Shown here: piece by piece, positions 1 to 10,802 of the stretch
Numbering within the stretch: the first letter of the stretch is position 1
How the letters are laid out: the number at the start of each line of letters is the position of its first letter
From: Candidatus Delongbacteria bacterium
GTDB taxonomy: Bacteria > CAIWAD01
Assembly (NCBI GenBank): GCA_963663545.1
Contig: OY760505.1
Coordinates: 1,728,001 to 1,792,000 of the forward strand
Length of the DNA: 64,000 nucleotides
Direction: 5' to 3'
Position numbers and translations under genes: made by a program
The notes under the pieces: model-generated
The model's input: only the letters and a program-made list of their open reading frames with translations
Databases searched by the model: none
What the model was told of the DNA's origin: nothing

Positions 1-658
1 CTTGCGCCCGTAACACTTCAGACGAAACGATAAAGCCTGTCTCGTGGTAGTCCTGCGCCAATTGAACATGGGCCCGCGTCGTCTCACGCGCACGCTGCAG
101 GAGCTCGTGATACTCGCGCGCTTTGGCAAGATCGAGCCATGAAGTCGCGACATCGTAGCCCACCTGCTGTCGCGCACGCGCAGCACTGTGATCGGCAGCA
201 GTGGCGGCGAGCTTGGCCTGAGCAATGCGACCGCTGATCATGCCTCCGGTGTACAGCGGCATTTCCGCCGATACGCGAGTCAGATAGGTGTTCATCGGGT
301 CAGGATCGACCATCAGCCCATTATTCGGCATGCCAAATTCAACACCATTCTCGCCAGCGCTCATGCCAAAAGCCTGTGACATCAACCCTACCACATCTTC
401 TTCGCGGTTCATGTTGAAGCCAAAGACCTCACCGGGCTGGTTGGTGCGAGCAGCCATCTCCATCAAGTCCACTCGCGGAAGCCGATATCCCCAGGCCTCT
501 TTCACCTGACGATGCGCAGCTTCGGCACGCTGCTCAGCGGCTGCCACAACCTTGCTATGCTCAAGCCCTATGGAAACAGCATCTTGCAGCGCAAGCGTCT
601 CCGCCAGAACCTGGCCTGCGAAGAGAAGAAGCAAAACGCCCCACTTCGTCTTTCGCAT
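1..658 (-). CDS. TolC-family outer membrane efflux protein (3' end runs off the window)
   Basis: Not in the ORF track; hand translation from the ATG at 658 (SD AAGGAGG) gives MRKTKWGVLLLLFAGQVLAETLALQDAVSIGLEHS...MPLYTGG...VATSWLDL...YHETGFIVSSEVLRAQ: signal peptide plus OEP-repeat motifs. Confidence 0.8.
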   Translation of the reverse strand, partial: MRKTKWGVLLLLFAGQVLAETLALQDAVSIGLEHSKVVAAAEQRAEAAHRQVKEAWGYRLPRVDLMEMAARTNQPGEVFGFNMNREEDVVGLMSQAFGMSAGENGVEFGMPNNGLMVDPDPMNTYLTRVSAEMPLYTGGMISGRIAQAKLAATAADHSAARARQQVGYDVATSWLDLAKAREYHELLQRARETTRAHVQLAQDYHETGFIVSSEVLRAQ

Positions 659-686
659 AGTTACCTCCTTCGGTCTCTATTTTGTT

Positions 687-744
687 TTGATACTATCAAT
701 CATAAACGGCCATATTGTATTTCATGCTAGCAAATTTTGCAAGC
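687..744 (-). promoter_or_regulatory. sigma70-like promoter (TTGCAA-17-TACAAT) with two palindromic candidate operators
   Basis: -35 at 737-742, -10 at 714-719. Palindromes GCTAGCAAA-T-TTTGCAAGC (726-744) and TTGATA-C-TATCAA (687-699). Confidence 0.5.
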
Positions 745-984
745 GAAAGTTCCGAATACCTAGAATATTTTCGCGCGTGAATTATCTCGCTAGTGAAGAT
801 TACGGCTCCATGCTGATGTCATGACCTTGTTGTAGGGAGGGTGTATTACTCAAGGCGGGCAGTGCGGCTACAGAATTGTTGCAAGTGGCACATGAAGAAG
901 CAACATCTCAAGGCACATAGTTTTTTTCGGCACAGGTGCCGTCATGCAAGTCCGGTCACGAACAAACTCGAACAGTCTGTTGAA

Positions 985-2232
985 TCAAGGTGCTTGCCGA
1001 AACTCCCTGACCAGCCAACAGGGAATGCCGCACAGCGCAGCGGCAATGGCGATACCGGCGTAGATTCGGGGCATGCCGATCCAATCCGCCAGCAGACCTG
1101 TAAGCCCCAAGCTGAGTGCTGTAAGACCTGTGACACATAGATTGATCAGCGCAAACACGCGACCGTGATACTTTGGCTCCACAATCAGATGAACCAACGT
1201 AGGCCGGGGAATTGTGATCCACGGTATCACCAATGAGTGCACCAGTATCACAGCGTACATCATTGGCAGGCGATGCGTCCACAGCATGGGTAGAAACGTC
1301 AAACCGTCCAGAACGATACCCCAGGCAAGTAGCCGACTGTTGCGGAGCTTGCGCGCAAATGTGTTGAGGAGGAAGGTACCGATCAGCATACCAAGGGCGA
1401 AGGCCGTCATAATTAATGCGTATTGCTGAGCTCCGCCACCAAGTTCATCACGAATGAAGATGGGGATGCCCACCGTCGCCGGTCCCATGATGAACAGATT
1501 ATCAGCAGCTGTGATCAACAGCAGCACGCGAAGCCGACGATCCTTGTGCATCAGACGAAGGCCCTCGAGCGCGCTACGGAGTGTGGATCGCAATGTGTCA
1601 CGCATGTCGGGGCGCTTTTCAGGATGCACTTCCCGGTGTCGCATGCGCCACATAAACAGAAAGGAGGCCAGGTAGGAAACGGCATCCACAGTAAAGAGAT
1701 GAATCACACCGACTAGACGAATCAACCAGGCACCCAGAGCTGGTCCAAAGAGCAGAGCCAGTTGCCAGCTGGTTTGAATCAGGCTGTTTGCCCTGCGCAA
1801 CTGTGTGGTAGGAACCAGGGAAGGCAACAATGCATCACGCGCCGGATTGAAGAGTGTCGAACACATGGCGACACTAAAGGTTAGCGCACCCAGTCCGAGG
1901 ACAGGAAGACTATCCATGTGATACAACAAAGGAATCAGCATCACCAGTGCTGCCCGGAGGACGTCTGTCGTCAGCATCAGTCGACGCCGATTTAATTGAT
2001 CTACTAGACTGCCAGCGGGCAATGCAAAAAGTAGCGCCGGTAGATAGGCACTCATTGCCACGAGTCCTGTCAGCGTGGCCGATCCAGTGATTTCGAGCAT
2101 TAGCCAGAGCAAGCCGATCTCGAAAACGGCATCGCCCATTTGCGAGATCGTCTGTCCAAGCCACAGCAGACGCAGATCACGATTCACGACGACTCCGTGT
2201 GATACAGCCGATTTCAGTCTGCAAGTTCGCAA
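985..2232 (-). CDS. MFS transporter (H+ antiporter/macrolide-efflux-like)
   Basis: About 12 hydrophobic segments; LWLGQTISQMGD and GSLVDQLNRRRLM (MFS motif A). True start may be slightly downstream. Confidence 0.85.
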   Translation of the reverse strand: MRTCRLKSAVSHGVVVNRDLRLLWLGQTISQMGDAVFEIGLLWLMLEITGSATLTGLVAMSAYLPALLFALPAGSLVDQLNRRRLMLTTDVLRAALVMLIPLLYHMDSLPVLGLGALTFSVAMCSTLFNPARDALLPSLVPTTQLRRANSLIQTSWQLALLFGPALGAWLIRLVGVIHLFTVDAVSYLASFLFMWRMRHREVHPEKRPDMRDTLRSTLRSALEGLRLMHKDRRLRVLLLITAADNLFIMGPATVGIPIFIRDELGGGAQQYALIMTAFALGMLIGTFLLNTFARKLRNSRLLAWGIVLDGLTFLPMLWTHRLPMMYAVILVHSLVIPWITIPRPTLVHLIVEPKYHGRVFALINLCVTGLTALSLGLTGLLADWIGMPRIYAGIAIAAALCGIPCWLVREFRQAP

Positions 2233-2278
2233 ATGCGCCCTGCCATAATGTTATCCTCTACCATCATCAGGAGCGTTC

Positions 2279-2653
2279 ATGAAGCACCTCTTCGTTCTGG
2301 CCTGTGCGGGTGCACTGGGCACCCTTTCGCGATATGGTCTGTCAGGCCTCGCGCATCGACTATTCGGCGCCGGGTTCCCTTGGGGCACAGCTCTTGTCAA
2401 TCTGCTTGGTTGCCTGCTGTTCGGCATGATCTGGACCTTGATCGAATCTCGCTCTCTGTTACCAGCCGCTCTGCGTCCATACCTGCTTACCGGCTTCATG
2501 GGAGCGCTCACCACTTTTTCCACCTGGATTTTTGAGTCATCGCAACTGCTCAACAGCGGCCGCTTTCTTTTACTGGCGGTCAATCTTGTAGCACAGGTTC
2601 TTCTTGGCCTATCGCTTTTCTATGCGGGTGTACTGCTGGCCCGTCTGCTTTGA
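2279..2653 (+). CDS. crcB: Fluoride efflux channel Fluc/CrcB
   Basis: GALGTLSRY, FPWGTALVNLLG and TGFMGALTTFST motifs. Confidence 0.95.
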   Translation: MKHLFVLACAGALGTLSRYGLSGLAHRLFGAGFPWGTALVNLLGCLLFGMIWTLIESRSLLPAALRPYLLTGFMGALTTFSTWIFESSQLLNSGRFLLLAVNLVAQVLLGLSLFYAGVLLARLL

Positions 2654-2675
2654 CATGTTCCTGTGAGGAGGACTC

Positions 2676-3023
2676 ATGAAAGACTTTGAGGAAGCCGGAC
2701 TGCTGCGCGTCTACATTGGCGAGCGCGACAGTGCGCACGGCGGTGAGCCTACGCATCTGCGGATCCTTCACATGGCGCGGGAATTGGGACTGGCTGGTGC
2801 TACGGTGTTACACGGGTCCCAGGGGTATCATCACGGAGGCAGATTGCACGACGCCGGGATTCTACGCCTTGCAGAAGAACTGCCGGTCATCGTCGAAGTG
2901 GTGGACAAGGAAGCGCGGCTATTGGAGTTCGTTGGTCAGATCAGGCCATTAATACGCAGTGGTTGTATCACAATGCAGAGTGTTTCGTGGTTGGAAGTCA
3001 AGCCAAATAACTCTCAGTCCTGA
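2676..3023 (+). CDS. DUF190 (PII-like) protein
   Basis: LRVYIGERD, GLAGATVLHG and LPVIVEVVD motifs; usual position downstream of crcB. Confidence 0.9.
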   Translation: MKDFEEAGLLRVYIGERDSAHGGEPTHLRILHMARELGLAGATVLHGSQGYHHGGRLHDAGILRLAEELPVIVEVVDKEARLLEFVGQIRPLIRSGCITMQSVSWLEVKPNNSQS

Positions 3024-4516
3024 TCCTCTTCGTGTTTTGTCTCATCGCCAATAGCCAGCTCCTGTACCTGGAGCGGTCGGACACCGCCTTCATGCGGCTC
3101 CAGCATCGGCATTTCCTTTGACATTTTAATACCCAACTCAGGAAGCCGTCGCGCTTTGGGAAGCACGTTGCGCTCAAGTGAACCCACGGCGCTGTTGTAC
3201 GCCTTCAACGCGGCGCCAATTCCCTTGCCGACTTTCTCGATATGCTGAACCATGACGGCCATGCTCTCGTAGAGCACGCGCCCGTGTTCGCTGATGAGCT
3301 GCGCATTTTCAGCCAACTGCTCCTGACGCCAGCCCATAGCCACCGAACGCAATAGCGCGATCAGCGTTGTCGGGCCGGCTGGTATCACGCCCTGCTCCAG
3401 GCCATACTCGAAGAGCGACCAATCCTGTCGCAGAGCGCCCACAAAGATGGCCTCGGGCACAAACATCACGGTGAAGTCGGGACTCTCGGCCATGTTCCAA
3501 TATTGCTTGGCGCCAAGCGCCTTGATGTGATTGCGCATGGTCTGAGCAATGGCCTTGAAAGCCTGTTCCCGATCGGCATCCTCTGCGGCTTCCAGGGCAT
3601 CCGGACTGAGGCCCTGGGGCGTCTTTGCATCGACGAATAGGCAGCGATCACCAGCAAGATGTATCACAAGATCCGGTCGACGACTCTGTTCACTTGTTGA
3701 TAGCGTTTCCTGCGTCTCGAAATCACAATGCTCTTCAAGACCCGCCAGCTCTACAATACGCCGTAGCTGAAACTCTCCCCAACGGCCGCGTGTTACAGGA
3801 CTATGCAAGGCTTGCGCCAGCTTGCTTGTCTGTGAACCAAGATTCTGCTGTGTCTCACGAAGCTGTTTGAGTTGTTCGTCTAATCGTGTGCTGTGAGTCG
3901 CGCCCATGGTTTCCACTTGCCGCAACTGCTCATCAACCTTTCCCAGACCATCGCGCAAGGGCTTGACCAACTCAGCGATACGTGCTTCTCGCTTGTCAAA
4001 GTCTTCACCGCTGGTAGTGCGCATGTGTTCCAACTGCCGTTTGGCCTCTTCCAAAAACACATTGCGGCTTTGCTCCAGAGCTTCTCCCGAAAGGGCTTTA
4101 AATGTGTCACGAAGCTTCTCTTCGGCTTCGGTCAACAGTTTGCGCTGCTCCTGGAGATTCTTTCGCTCAGCGACCAACTCTGTCTGCAGTCTCCCTTGAG
4201 CTTCGCGCAGCTCATTTCGTTCACGCTGAACTTGCTCGTGGTTCTGTCGCAGAGCAGCCAGCTCAGAGCGCAACTCTTGCTCCCGCGATTCCATTGACTT
4301 CAGTGTTGATGCCTGTGCACTGCGCGTATCACGCAACTCCAACAGCTCCTGTTGGCTTTCTTTCTGGCTGCGTGTCACCTCAGCAATTCGCTGTTCAAGC
4401 GTAGCCATTTCGTCAGCTTTTACAGCTGCCTTTCCGCGTACAAAGAAGAACAAGGCCAAGGAACCTACGGCGGAGATGCCAAAGGTAATGGTCAACGCTA
4501 ACAGCACGCCGTGCAT
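3014..4516 (-). CDS. rmuC: DNA recombination protein RmuC
   Basis: N-terminal TM and coiled coil; RGRWGEFQL, RPDLVIHL, VDAKTP and GPTTLIALL motifs. Confidence 0.93.
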   Translation of the reverse strand: MHGVLLALTITFGISAVGSLALFFFVRGKAAVKADEMATLEQRIAEVTRSQKESQQELLELRDTRSAQASTLKSMESREQELRSELAALRQNHEQVQRERNELREAQGRLQTELVAERKNLQEQRKLLTEAEEKLRDTFKALSGEALEQSRNVFLEEAKRQLEHMRTTSGEDFDKREARIAELVKPLRDGLGKVDEQLRQVETMGATHSTRLDEQLKQLRETQQNLGSQTSKLAQALHSPVTRGRWGEFQLRRIVELAGLEEHCDFETQETLSTSEQSRRPDLVIHLAGDRCLFVDAKTPQGLSPDALEAAEDADREQAFKAIAQTMRNHIKALGAKQYWNMAESPDFTVMFVPEAIFVGALRQDWSLFEYGLEQGVIPAGPTTLIALLRSVAMGWRQEQLAENAQLISEHGRVLYESMAVMVQHIEKVGKGIGAALKAYNSAVGSLERNVLPKARRLPELGIKMSKEMPMLEPHEGGVRPLQVQELAIGDETKHEEDQD

Positions 4517-4530
4517 AACCCCTCCCGGTT

Positions 4531-5208
4531 TCAGTCAGCGGCGGGAAAGAAAAGGTCTTTCGTCTCTTCAACAGCTCCGCAGTGACGCTGCAGGAGATCT
4601 GAGAGATGCTCGAGGTTCCGCATCATCTGTGACTCGGAGAAATCTGCAGTAGCGTACATGATCGCCAGCAGATCACGACTTGTGTCACGAATCATAGTAC
4701 GCGGACTATCACTGGTCGGACAGCCAATGGGCCCCTTTGCATCAAAGACAGCTAAGCGCCCCGTCAAATGCACAGTATCCTTGCGGATTCCTGGGTACTC
4801 CTCGCCGTCGATGCCGAGACGAACGTCAAGCGGGCCCTCGACCTCGGCAAGATCAAAAACGCTGATGGGCAGCAGTGCATTTAGTGAGGCCATGTTTCCG
4901 GCGTCAACAACATTGTTGATGTGATACAGGCCTTTGTCCTTCACAACTCTTCGCAACAAGGCTTCAGAAGAAGGCCGTGTGCGTGTGGGATCCACACCCG
5001 TTGCACGATACAAGCGGCGTGCTACATGCAATTCACTAATTGATCCCGGTGTGACACCGCGATACTTCTCATGCAAAAGAGCACACAGTTCGTCCAACTC
5101 TGTTAACTGCTGCTGAGTAGAAGGGGCGACGGAAACACCTCGACAATGCAGTACACCCAGACCAACTGTTGTTTTCAAACTAGAATGCAGCCGCAGCTCA
5201 AGCATCAC
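4531..5208 (-). CDS. B3/4 domain protein (PheRS beta editing-like)
   Basis: GVDPTRTRPSSEALLRRV and INNVVDAGNMAS; start overlaps the upstream stop (ATGA). Confidence 0.88.
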   Translation of the reverse strand: MMLELRLHSSLKTTVGLGVLHCRGVSVAPSTQQQLTELDELCALLHEKYRGVTPGSISELHVARRLYRATGVDPTRTRPSSEALLRRVVKDKGLYHINNVVDAGNMASLNALLPISVFDLAEVEGPLDVRLGIDGEEYPGIRKDTVHLTGRLAVFDAKGPIGCPTSDSPRTMIRDTSRDLLAIMYATADFSESQMMRNLEHLSDLLQRHCGAVEETKDLFFPAAD

Positions 5209-5516
5209 ATCATTCCCAACTTCAAGCGCGCGGCCGGGGACATCAGATCCTTGTCCCAGGGCGGGTCGAAGACCAGGTCTACTCTGACCTCTGAAATGCC
5301 ATCCACCTCACGCGCGGTCTGTTCGACCAAGCCGGGAAGCAGCTCAGCAGCAGGGCAATTGGGTGCCGTCAATGTCATGCGAATGGAAGCCTTGGCCTCC
5401 TCGTCCACATCCACCTGATAAATCAAACCAAGGTTGTACACATCCACCGGGATCTCTGGATCGTAGACGGTTTTCAACCCATCGATAATGCGTTCGCGCA
5501 GCGCGTCTCGGTCCAT
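5205..5516 (-). CDS. DUF59/SufT-like Fe-S assembly protein
   Basis: VYDPEIPVDVYNLGLIY, MTLTAPNCP and VFDPPW motifs. Confidence 0.92.
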   Translation of the reverse strand: MDRDALRERIIDGLKTVYDPEIPVDVYNLGLIYQVDVDEEAKASIRMTLTAPNCPAAELLPGLVEQTAREVDGISEVRVDLVFDPPWDKDLMSPAARLKLGMM

Positions 5517-5525
5517 CTGCGCCTC

Positions 5526-6764
5526 CTAGGCAACAATTCCCAACATGCGAAGGGCCTTCTGCAACCCTTCCTTCAGCCGTATAACATCGCTTTCGTCATT
5601 ATAGACGGCAAACGATGCGCGCGCGGTTCCTGTTATCCCGAAACGCTGCATCAGAGGCTCAGCGCAATGTGTACCACTGCGCACCGCGATCCCGGAAAGG
5701 TCCAGCAGCGTGGCGACATCAGAGAAGTGGGCGCCCTCAACCGCGAACGAAATCACTGCGGATCGATCAGCAGCCTGTCCGATGAACTGCAGCTGAGGTA
5801 TCTCCGCCAGCTCAGTCAATGCCAGCTCAAGCAAATGGTGTTCATGAGCCGCGATTCTCTCGAGTCCCACATCACTCACCCAACGCAAGGCAGCGGCCAA
5901 TCCGATGGCACCCTCCATGTGCGGAGTGCCCGCCTCAAACTTCCAGGGCAGATCATTCCAGGTGCTACGTTCGAAACTCACGGATCGAATCATCTCACCG
6001 CCGCCCTGCCAGGGCTCTAGTTCTTCAAGAAGCTCTCGTCGTCCATAAACAACGCCGATGCCGGTCGGTGCGTAGATCTTGTGACCGGAAAACACATAGA
6101 AATCTGCGCCAAGCTCCTGCACATCCACCTTAAGATGCGGAACCGCCTGTGCGCCATCCACCACCACCAGCGCACCAGCCTCATGGGCGGCACGAATGAT
6201 TTCACGTACAGGGACAATGCTACCCAGCGCGTTGGAAACGTGTGTCACAGAGACGATGCGTGTACGCTCACTCAGCAGATCCGGCAAACTCTCCAGAATA
6301 AGCTCGCCTCTATCGTTCGCCGGTATCACGCGCAAATGGCAGCCGCGTCGCTTCGCAACCATTTGCCAAGGGACTATATTGGAATGGTGCTCCAGAGTAC
6401 TGATCAGTATCTCATCGCCTTCACGCAGATATCGGTCTGCAAGCACATTGGCCAGCAAGTTCAGGCCTTCGCTAGTACCCCGGGTAAAGAGAATTTCTTC
6501 GCGCTCAGCAGCGTTGAGGAACTCGCGGACTGTATCACGCGCAGCCTCATAATGCTCCGTCGCCCTTGTTCCGAGCGTATGCACCGCCCTGTGCACATTT
6601 GCGTTATCGTGGCGATAGTAACTGACGATGGCATCGAGTACCGCTGTCGGCTTCTGTGTAGTAGCCGCATTGTCAAGATAGACCAGCGGCTTGCCATTGA
6701 CTTCCTGCTGTAACACAGGAAACTGCTCACGAATGGCACGGACATCCAGGCCAGCAATCTGCAT
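5526..6764 (-). CDS. sufS: Cysteine desulfurase SufS
   Basis: YLDNAATTQKP, FSGHK (PLP lysine) and RSGTHCA motifs. Confidence 0.95.
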   Translation of the reverse strand: MQIAGLDVRAIREQFPVLQQEVNGKPLVYLDNAATTQKPTAVLDAIVSYYRHDNANVHRAVHTLGTRATEHYEAARDTVREFLNAAEREEILFTRGTSEGLNLLANVLADRYLREGDEILISTLEHHSNIVPWQMVAKRRGCHLRVIPANDRGELILESLPDLLSERTRIVSVTHVSNALGSIVPVREIIRAAHEAGALVVVDGAQAVPHLKVDVQELGADFYVFSGHKIYAPTGIGVVYGRRELLEELEPWQGGGEMIRSVSFERSTWNDLPWKFEAGTPHMEGAIGLAAALRWVSDVGLERIAAHEHHLLELALTELAEIPQLQFIGQAADRSAVISFAVEGAHFSDVATLLDLSGIAVRSGTHCAEPLMQRFGITGTARASFAVYNDESDVIRLKEGLQKALRMLGIVA

Positions 6765-6766
6765 TA

Positions 6767-8128
6767 TCAGAACCCCCGTGACACAGATAACTGCTGTCGG
6801 ACCATGCGATCCAGAAGCGGCAGAAGTTCACGGATTTGTACACGCGAAAGAACTTCGCTGGCAAAAGCGTGCACCAGCAGGCGACGAGCACGCTCCAAAC
6901 CTATGCCGCGAGATCGCAGATAGAAAAGCGAATCCTGATCGAGGCTACCAACGGTGGCACCATGCGAGCAGCGAACGTCGTCGGCGTAGATCTCCAGCTG
7001 GGGACGCGCCCAACTGCGAGCCTCGTCTGACAACAGCAGGCTTGCACTGGACTGCATTGCATCGGTATGCTGCGCGTCCTGGTGCACGTGGACTTTGCCG
7101 GTAAACACGCCTTGTGATTCACTCTGCAAAATACCCTTGAATAGCTGGTTACTGGTGCAGTCTGGCACCACGTGATCCACGAGCGTGTGGTTGTCAACGT
7201 GTGCTTTTCCGTCCAGCAGATACAAACCGTTGATTTCGCCGTGAGCATTTCCGCCCGTGAGACGCAGACTGCTTTCGTTGCGTACCAGTGCGCCACCGAA
7301 AGTCAGAGTATGCGAACGAAAAGTAGAACCGGCGGAAAGCTCTGCATAGACACCGGCAATGCGATGACCTTCGCCTGTATCACCCTGAACGCGAACGTGC
7401 TCGACATCGGCATCTTCGCCAATGACAAACTCGGTGACGCCATTGCTGTGATACGCTCCATCGCCCAAAGAGCACTGAATCTCAACAACGGTGGCCGAAG
7501 ATCCTTTTGTTGCAAACACTAGTGTTCGCGGTGATCCAAGCACACCATTACCTGTTGAGATTTGCAGCAAAAAGAGTGGATACTTCATCTGCGTGTTGGC
7601 TGGCAGATACAAATAGCAGCCGTCCTGCAGCAGCGCCGCATTCATCGCCACAAACGAGCTGGTTTCAATACCAGCCAAGCTCCCAGGATGACTAAGCAGC
7701 CGGTTACGTAACTCTCGATAGCGCGGGCTACGCAGACCGCCCTCGCTCACAAGCTCCGCTAGACTACCTACCTGCACGCCCGGAGGACAATTTGGCTCAA
7801 GGGATAGCTCAGCGTGATACACGCCATCCACAAAAACGAGTGCGCCAGTCACCCCCGGAGGAAGCAGTCGTAACACATCCTCATTACTCAGGACCACTTT
7901 CGCCTCTGGCAAGTGAAAGCGCCCCTCGCGAAAGGGTGCAGCGTCGGTGTATTTCCAGGCCTCTTCCCCCCGCGCAGGAATACCAGCAGCTAGAAAGCGT
8001 TGCGCCGCCTTTTCACGGTCATGTTTATCATGTACGCCCTGCAAAGACTGCAGCACGCGCTCAGCGCCCTGTGTCTCGCTGACCAGCTCCTTGAGTGAAA
8101 GCAGATCGCCTTGTGTGTTCATGCTCAT
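6767..8128 (-). CDS. sufD: Fe-S assembly protein SufD
   Basis: EAWKYT and PQLEIYADDVRCSHGATVG motifs. Confidence 0.95.
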   Translation of the reverse strand: MSMNTQGDLLSLKELVSETQGAERVLQSLQGVHDKHDREKAAQRFLAAGIPARGEEAWKYTDAAPFREGRFHLPEAKVVLSNEDVLRLLPPGVTGALVFVDGVYHAELSLEPNCPPGVQVGSLAELVSEGGLRSPRYRELRNRLLSHPGSLAGIETSSFVAMNAALLQDGCYLYLPANTQMKYPLFLLQISTGNGVLGSPRTLVFATKGSSATVVEIQCSLGDGAYHSNGVTEFVIGEDADVEHVRVQGDTGEGHRIAGVYAELSAGSTFRSHTLTFGGALVRNESSLRLTGGNAHGEINGLYLLDGKAHVDNHTLVDHVVPDCTSNQLFKGILQSESQGVFTGKVHVHQDAQHTDAMQSSASLLLSDEARSWARPQLEIYADDVRCSHGATVGSLDQDSLFYLRSRGIGLERARRLLVHAFASEVLSRVQIRELLPLLDRMVRQQLSVSRGF

Positions 8129-8883
8129 CTGCGCCCCTCACGATCACGTTCGATCCAACCGTAACCCTCTTCTTCAAGCTGATGCGCCAGCTCCTTGCCA
8201 CCGGTTTTTACAATACGGCCATCGGCCAAAACGTGTACTACATCCGGCACGATGTGATTCAGCAGTCGCTGATAGTGTGTTACAACGATAGCGCTGAAGT
8301 TCGGCCCACGCAGTGCGTTTACGCCGTCGGAGACAATTTTGAGCGCATCGATATCCAAGCCGCTGTCGGTTTCATCCAGCAGGGCAAGGCTCGGCTCCAG
8401 TACGCCCATTTGAAAGATCTCGTTGCGCTTCTTCTCACCACCCGAGAATCCCTCATTGACAGAGCGCGACTGCAGGCCTTCATCAATATGCATCAGCTTC
8501 ATCTTCTCACTGATCAGGCGCAGAAAGTCCTCGGCACTGACCTCATCTTGGCCGCGATACTTGCGAATTTCGTTTAGCGCGATGCGCAAGAAGTAAAGAT
8601 TAGGCACACCGGGAATCTCAACCGGATACTGGAAAGCGAGAAAAATGCCCTCGCCAGCGCGCTCCTCCGGACTCAATTCGAGCAGGTTTCGCCCCTTGTA
8701 GATTACTTCGCCGCGTGTCACCTCATAGCCATCGCGCCCGGAAAGCACGTTGGCAAGTGTGCTTTTCCCCGAACCGTTCGGCCCCATAATCGCATGAATC
8801 TCGCCGGGCTTGATCTCAAGTGTGATGCCCTTCAGGATTTCCTTGCCTTCAACTCGGGCGTGCAGTTCACGAATACTAAGCAT
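8125..8883 (-). CDS. sufC: Fe-S assembly ATPase SufC
   Basis: GPNGSGKST, FLAFQYPVEIPGV, GFSGGEKKRNE and LDETDSGLDID motifs. Confidence 0.97.
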   Translation of the reverse strand: MLSIRELHARVEGKEILKGITLEIKPGEIHAIMGPNGSGKSTLANVLSGRDGYEVTRGEVIYKGRNLLELSPEERAGEGIFLAFQYPVEIPGVPNLYFLRIALNEIRKYRGQDEVSAEDFLRLISEKMKLMHIDEGLQSRSVNEGFSGGEKKRNEIFQMGVLEPSLALLDETDSGLDIDALKIVSDGVNALRGPNFSAIVVTHYQRLLNHIVPDVVHVLADGRIVKTGGKELAHQLEEEGYGWIERDREGRR

Positions 8884-8906
8884 GTATCACCTCACAAGAA
8901 CAGTCG

Positions 8907-10361
8907 TTATCCAACCGAGCCTTCCAGACTCACACCCAACAGCTTCTGCGCTTCAACGGCAAACTCCATCGGTAGCTCCGCAAGCACATCCTTACAGAAG
9001 CCGTTGACGATCATCGATACTGCGTCTTCAACGCGAATACCGCGCTGCTGGCAATAGAAGATTTGATCCTCACCGATGCGCGACGTGGTCGCCTCATGCT
9101 CTACCTGCGCTGATGAATTCTGCACATCCATGTAAGGGAAGGTGTGCGCTCCGCATCGATCACCCATCAAGAGGCTGTCGCACTGCGAGAAATTGCGCGC
9201 GTTCTTCGCTCCCCGTGCTACATGCACCAGGCCGCGATACGTGTTCTGACTGCGCCCGGCAGAGATTCCCTTGGAAACAATCGTTGATTTTGTATCACGA
9301 CCCAGATGGATCATCTTTGTACCGGTGTCCGCCTGCTGGTAGTTATTGGTCATCGCCACAGAGTAAAACTCGCCGACGCTGCCATCGCCTTTCAGAATGC
9401 AAGAAGGATACTTCCACGTTATCGCCGAGCCCGTCTCCACCTGTGTCCAGCTGATCTTGGCCTTTGTCTCACACAGTCCGCGCTTGGTGACAAAGTTGTA
9501 GATGCCGCCTTTGCCTTCCTTGTTGCCCGGATACCAGTTCTGCACTGTGCTGTACTTGATGCGCGCATTGTCCATGGCAATCAACTCAACTACAGCAGCG
9601 TGCAGCTGATTCTCATCGCGCATGGGCGCTGTGCACCCCTCTAGATAGCTGACACTGGCTCCCTCATCAGCCACGATCAGCGTACGTTCAAACTGTCCAG
9701 TGTTGGTGGCATTGATGCGGAAGTATGTGGACAGCTCCATCGGGCAACGTACGCCCTTAGGAATGTAAACGAAGCTGCCATCGCTGAAGACGGCAGAGTT
9801 CAGTGCCGCGAAGTAATTATCCGTGCGTGATACAACTGAGCCCAGATACTTCTTCACCAGCTCCGGGTGCTCCTTCAGCGCCTCGGAAATGGAGCAAAAG
9901 ACGATCCCGCGTTCTGCCAGTTCTTTCTTAAAAGTTGTCTTGACCGAGGTGGAATCGAAGACGGCATCAACGGCCACTCCAGCCAGCGCAGCGCGTTCTT
10001 CCAGCGGAATTCCCAGCTTCTCGAAGGTCTCCAAAAGCTCCGGATCCACATCATCCAAGGAGCCCGGCGCCTCTTTCTTTTTGGGCGCGGAGTAGTAGAT
10101 GATGGACTGGTAGTCGATGGGCGGAATCTCCAGCTTGGCCCAATCGGGTTCCGGCATCTTCGTCCAGATCTGATAGGCTTTCAATCTCCACTCGGTCATC
10201 CATTCAGGCTCTTCTTTTCGAGCGGAGATTGCGCGTATCACGTCTTCGTTCAAACCGGGCGGCAACTGATCCGCATCGATTTGTGTCACGAAGCCATACT
10301 TGTATTCCTGCTCAGCTATCTGCTGCAGTTCGGGGTCTTTCATTCCAGCCTCACAATTCAT
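8907..10361 (-). CDS. sufB: Fe-S scaffold SufB
   Basis: [16 protein letters not shown] and [10 protein letters not shown] motifs; alternative start at 10343. Confidence 0.97.
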   Translation of the reverse strand: MNCEAGMKDPELQQIAEQEYKYGFVTQIDADQLPPGLNEDVIRAISARKEEPEWMTEWRLKAYQIWTKMPEPDWAKLEIPPIDYQSIIYYSAPKKKEAPGSLDDVDPELLETFEKLGIPLEERAALAGVAVDAVFDSTSVKTTFKKELAERGIVFCSISEALKEHPELVKKYLGSVVSRTDNYFAALNSAVFSDGSFVYIPKGVRCPMELSTYFRINATNTGQFERTLIVADEGASVSYLEGCTAPMRDENQLHAAVVELIAMDNARIKYSTVQNWYPGNKEGKGGIYNFVTKRGLCETKAKISWTQVETGSAITWKYPSCILKGDGSVGEFYSVAMTNNYQQADTGTKMIHLGRDTKSTIVSKGISAGRSQNTYRGLVHVARGAKNARNFSQCDSLLMGDRCGAHTFPYMDVQNSSAQVEHEATTSRIGEDQIFYCQQRGIRVEDAVSMIVNGFCKDVLAELPMEFAVEAQKLLGVSLEGSVG

Positions 10362-10792
10362 GCCGCCGGTAGATCGTCCTCTTGCACGGCTGGTTGCACC
10401 AGGTCGGCAAGCGTCAAATCATCCAAGGCGTCATTCAGCACATTGTTAATTCTCATCCAGTTCGGACGGGCCGGGCAACTGGCCGCGCGCACACAGGCCT
10501 CGCCCTTTGTAGTACAGGAAGTCATCGCTATCGGCCCCTCCAGTGCGCGCACAATTGCGGCAATGGAAATTTCAGCGGGAAGGCGCGCCAACAGGTACCC
10601 CCCCTGCGCTCCGCGCCGTGACTCAAGGAGCCCGCCTTGCAGCAGAACTTTGAGCACCTTGCTAACCATTGGCTGAGGCAAGTGTGTATCACGAGCAAGA
10701 TCCCGGGCGCTCCTCGCAAAGCCGGGTTCGTGCTGGGCGAAATAGCACATCAGCACGATGCCGTAATCCGTTAGTCGAGTTATGCGCAGCAC
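10358..10792 (-). CDS. Rrf2-family SUF system regulator
   Basis: [18 protein letters not shown] and three Cys (C-X6-C-X5-C); first gene of the suf operon. Confidence 0.92.
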   Translation of the reverse strand: MLRITRLTDYGIVLMCYFAQHEPGFARSARDLARDTHLPQPMVSKVLKVLLQGGLLESRRGAQGGYLLARLPAEISIAAIVRALEGPIAMTSCTTKGEACVRAASCPARPNWMRINNVLNDALDDLTLADLVQPAVQEDDLPAA

Positions 10793-10802
10793 ATTGTCTC
10801 CT

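Noticed and set aside
880..950. Repeated GGCAC words as a sigma54 promoter
   Set aside because: None has the GG-N10-GC spacing and no suitably oriented gene follows.
2200..2278. Fluoride riboswitch upstream of crcB
   Set aside because: No GGCGATGG...GCTAATGAC-type consensus; the divergent gap is very short.
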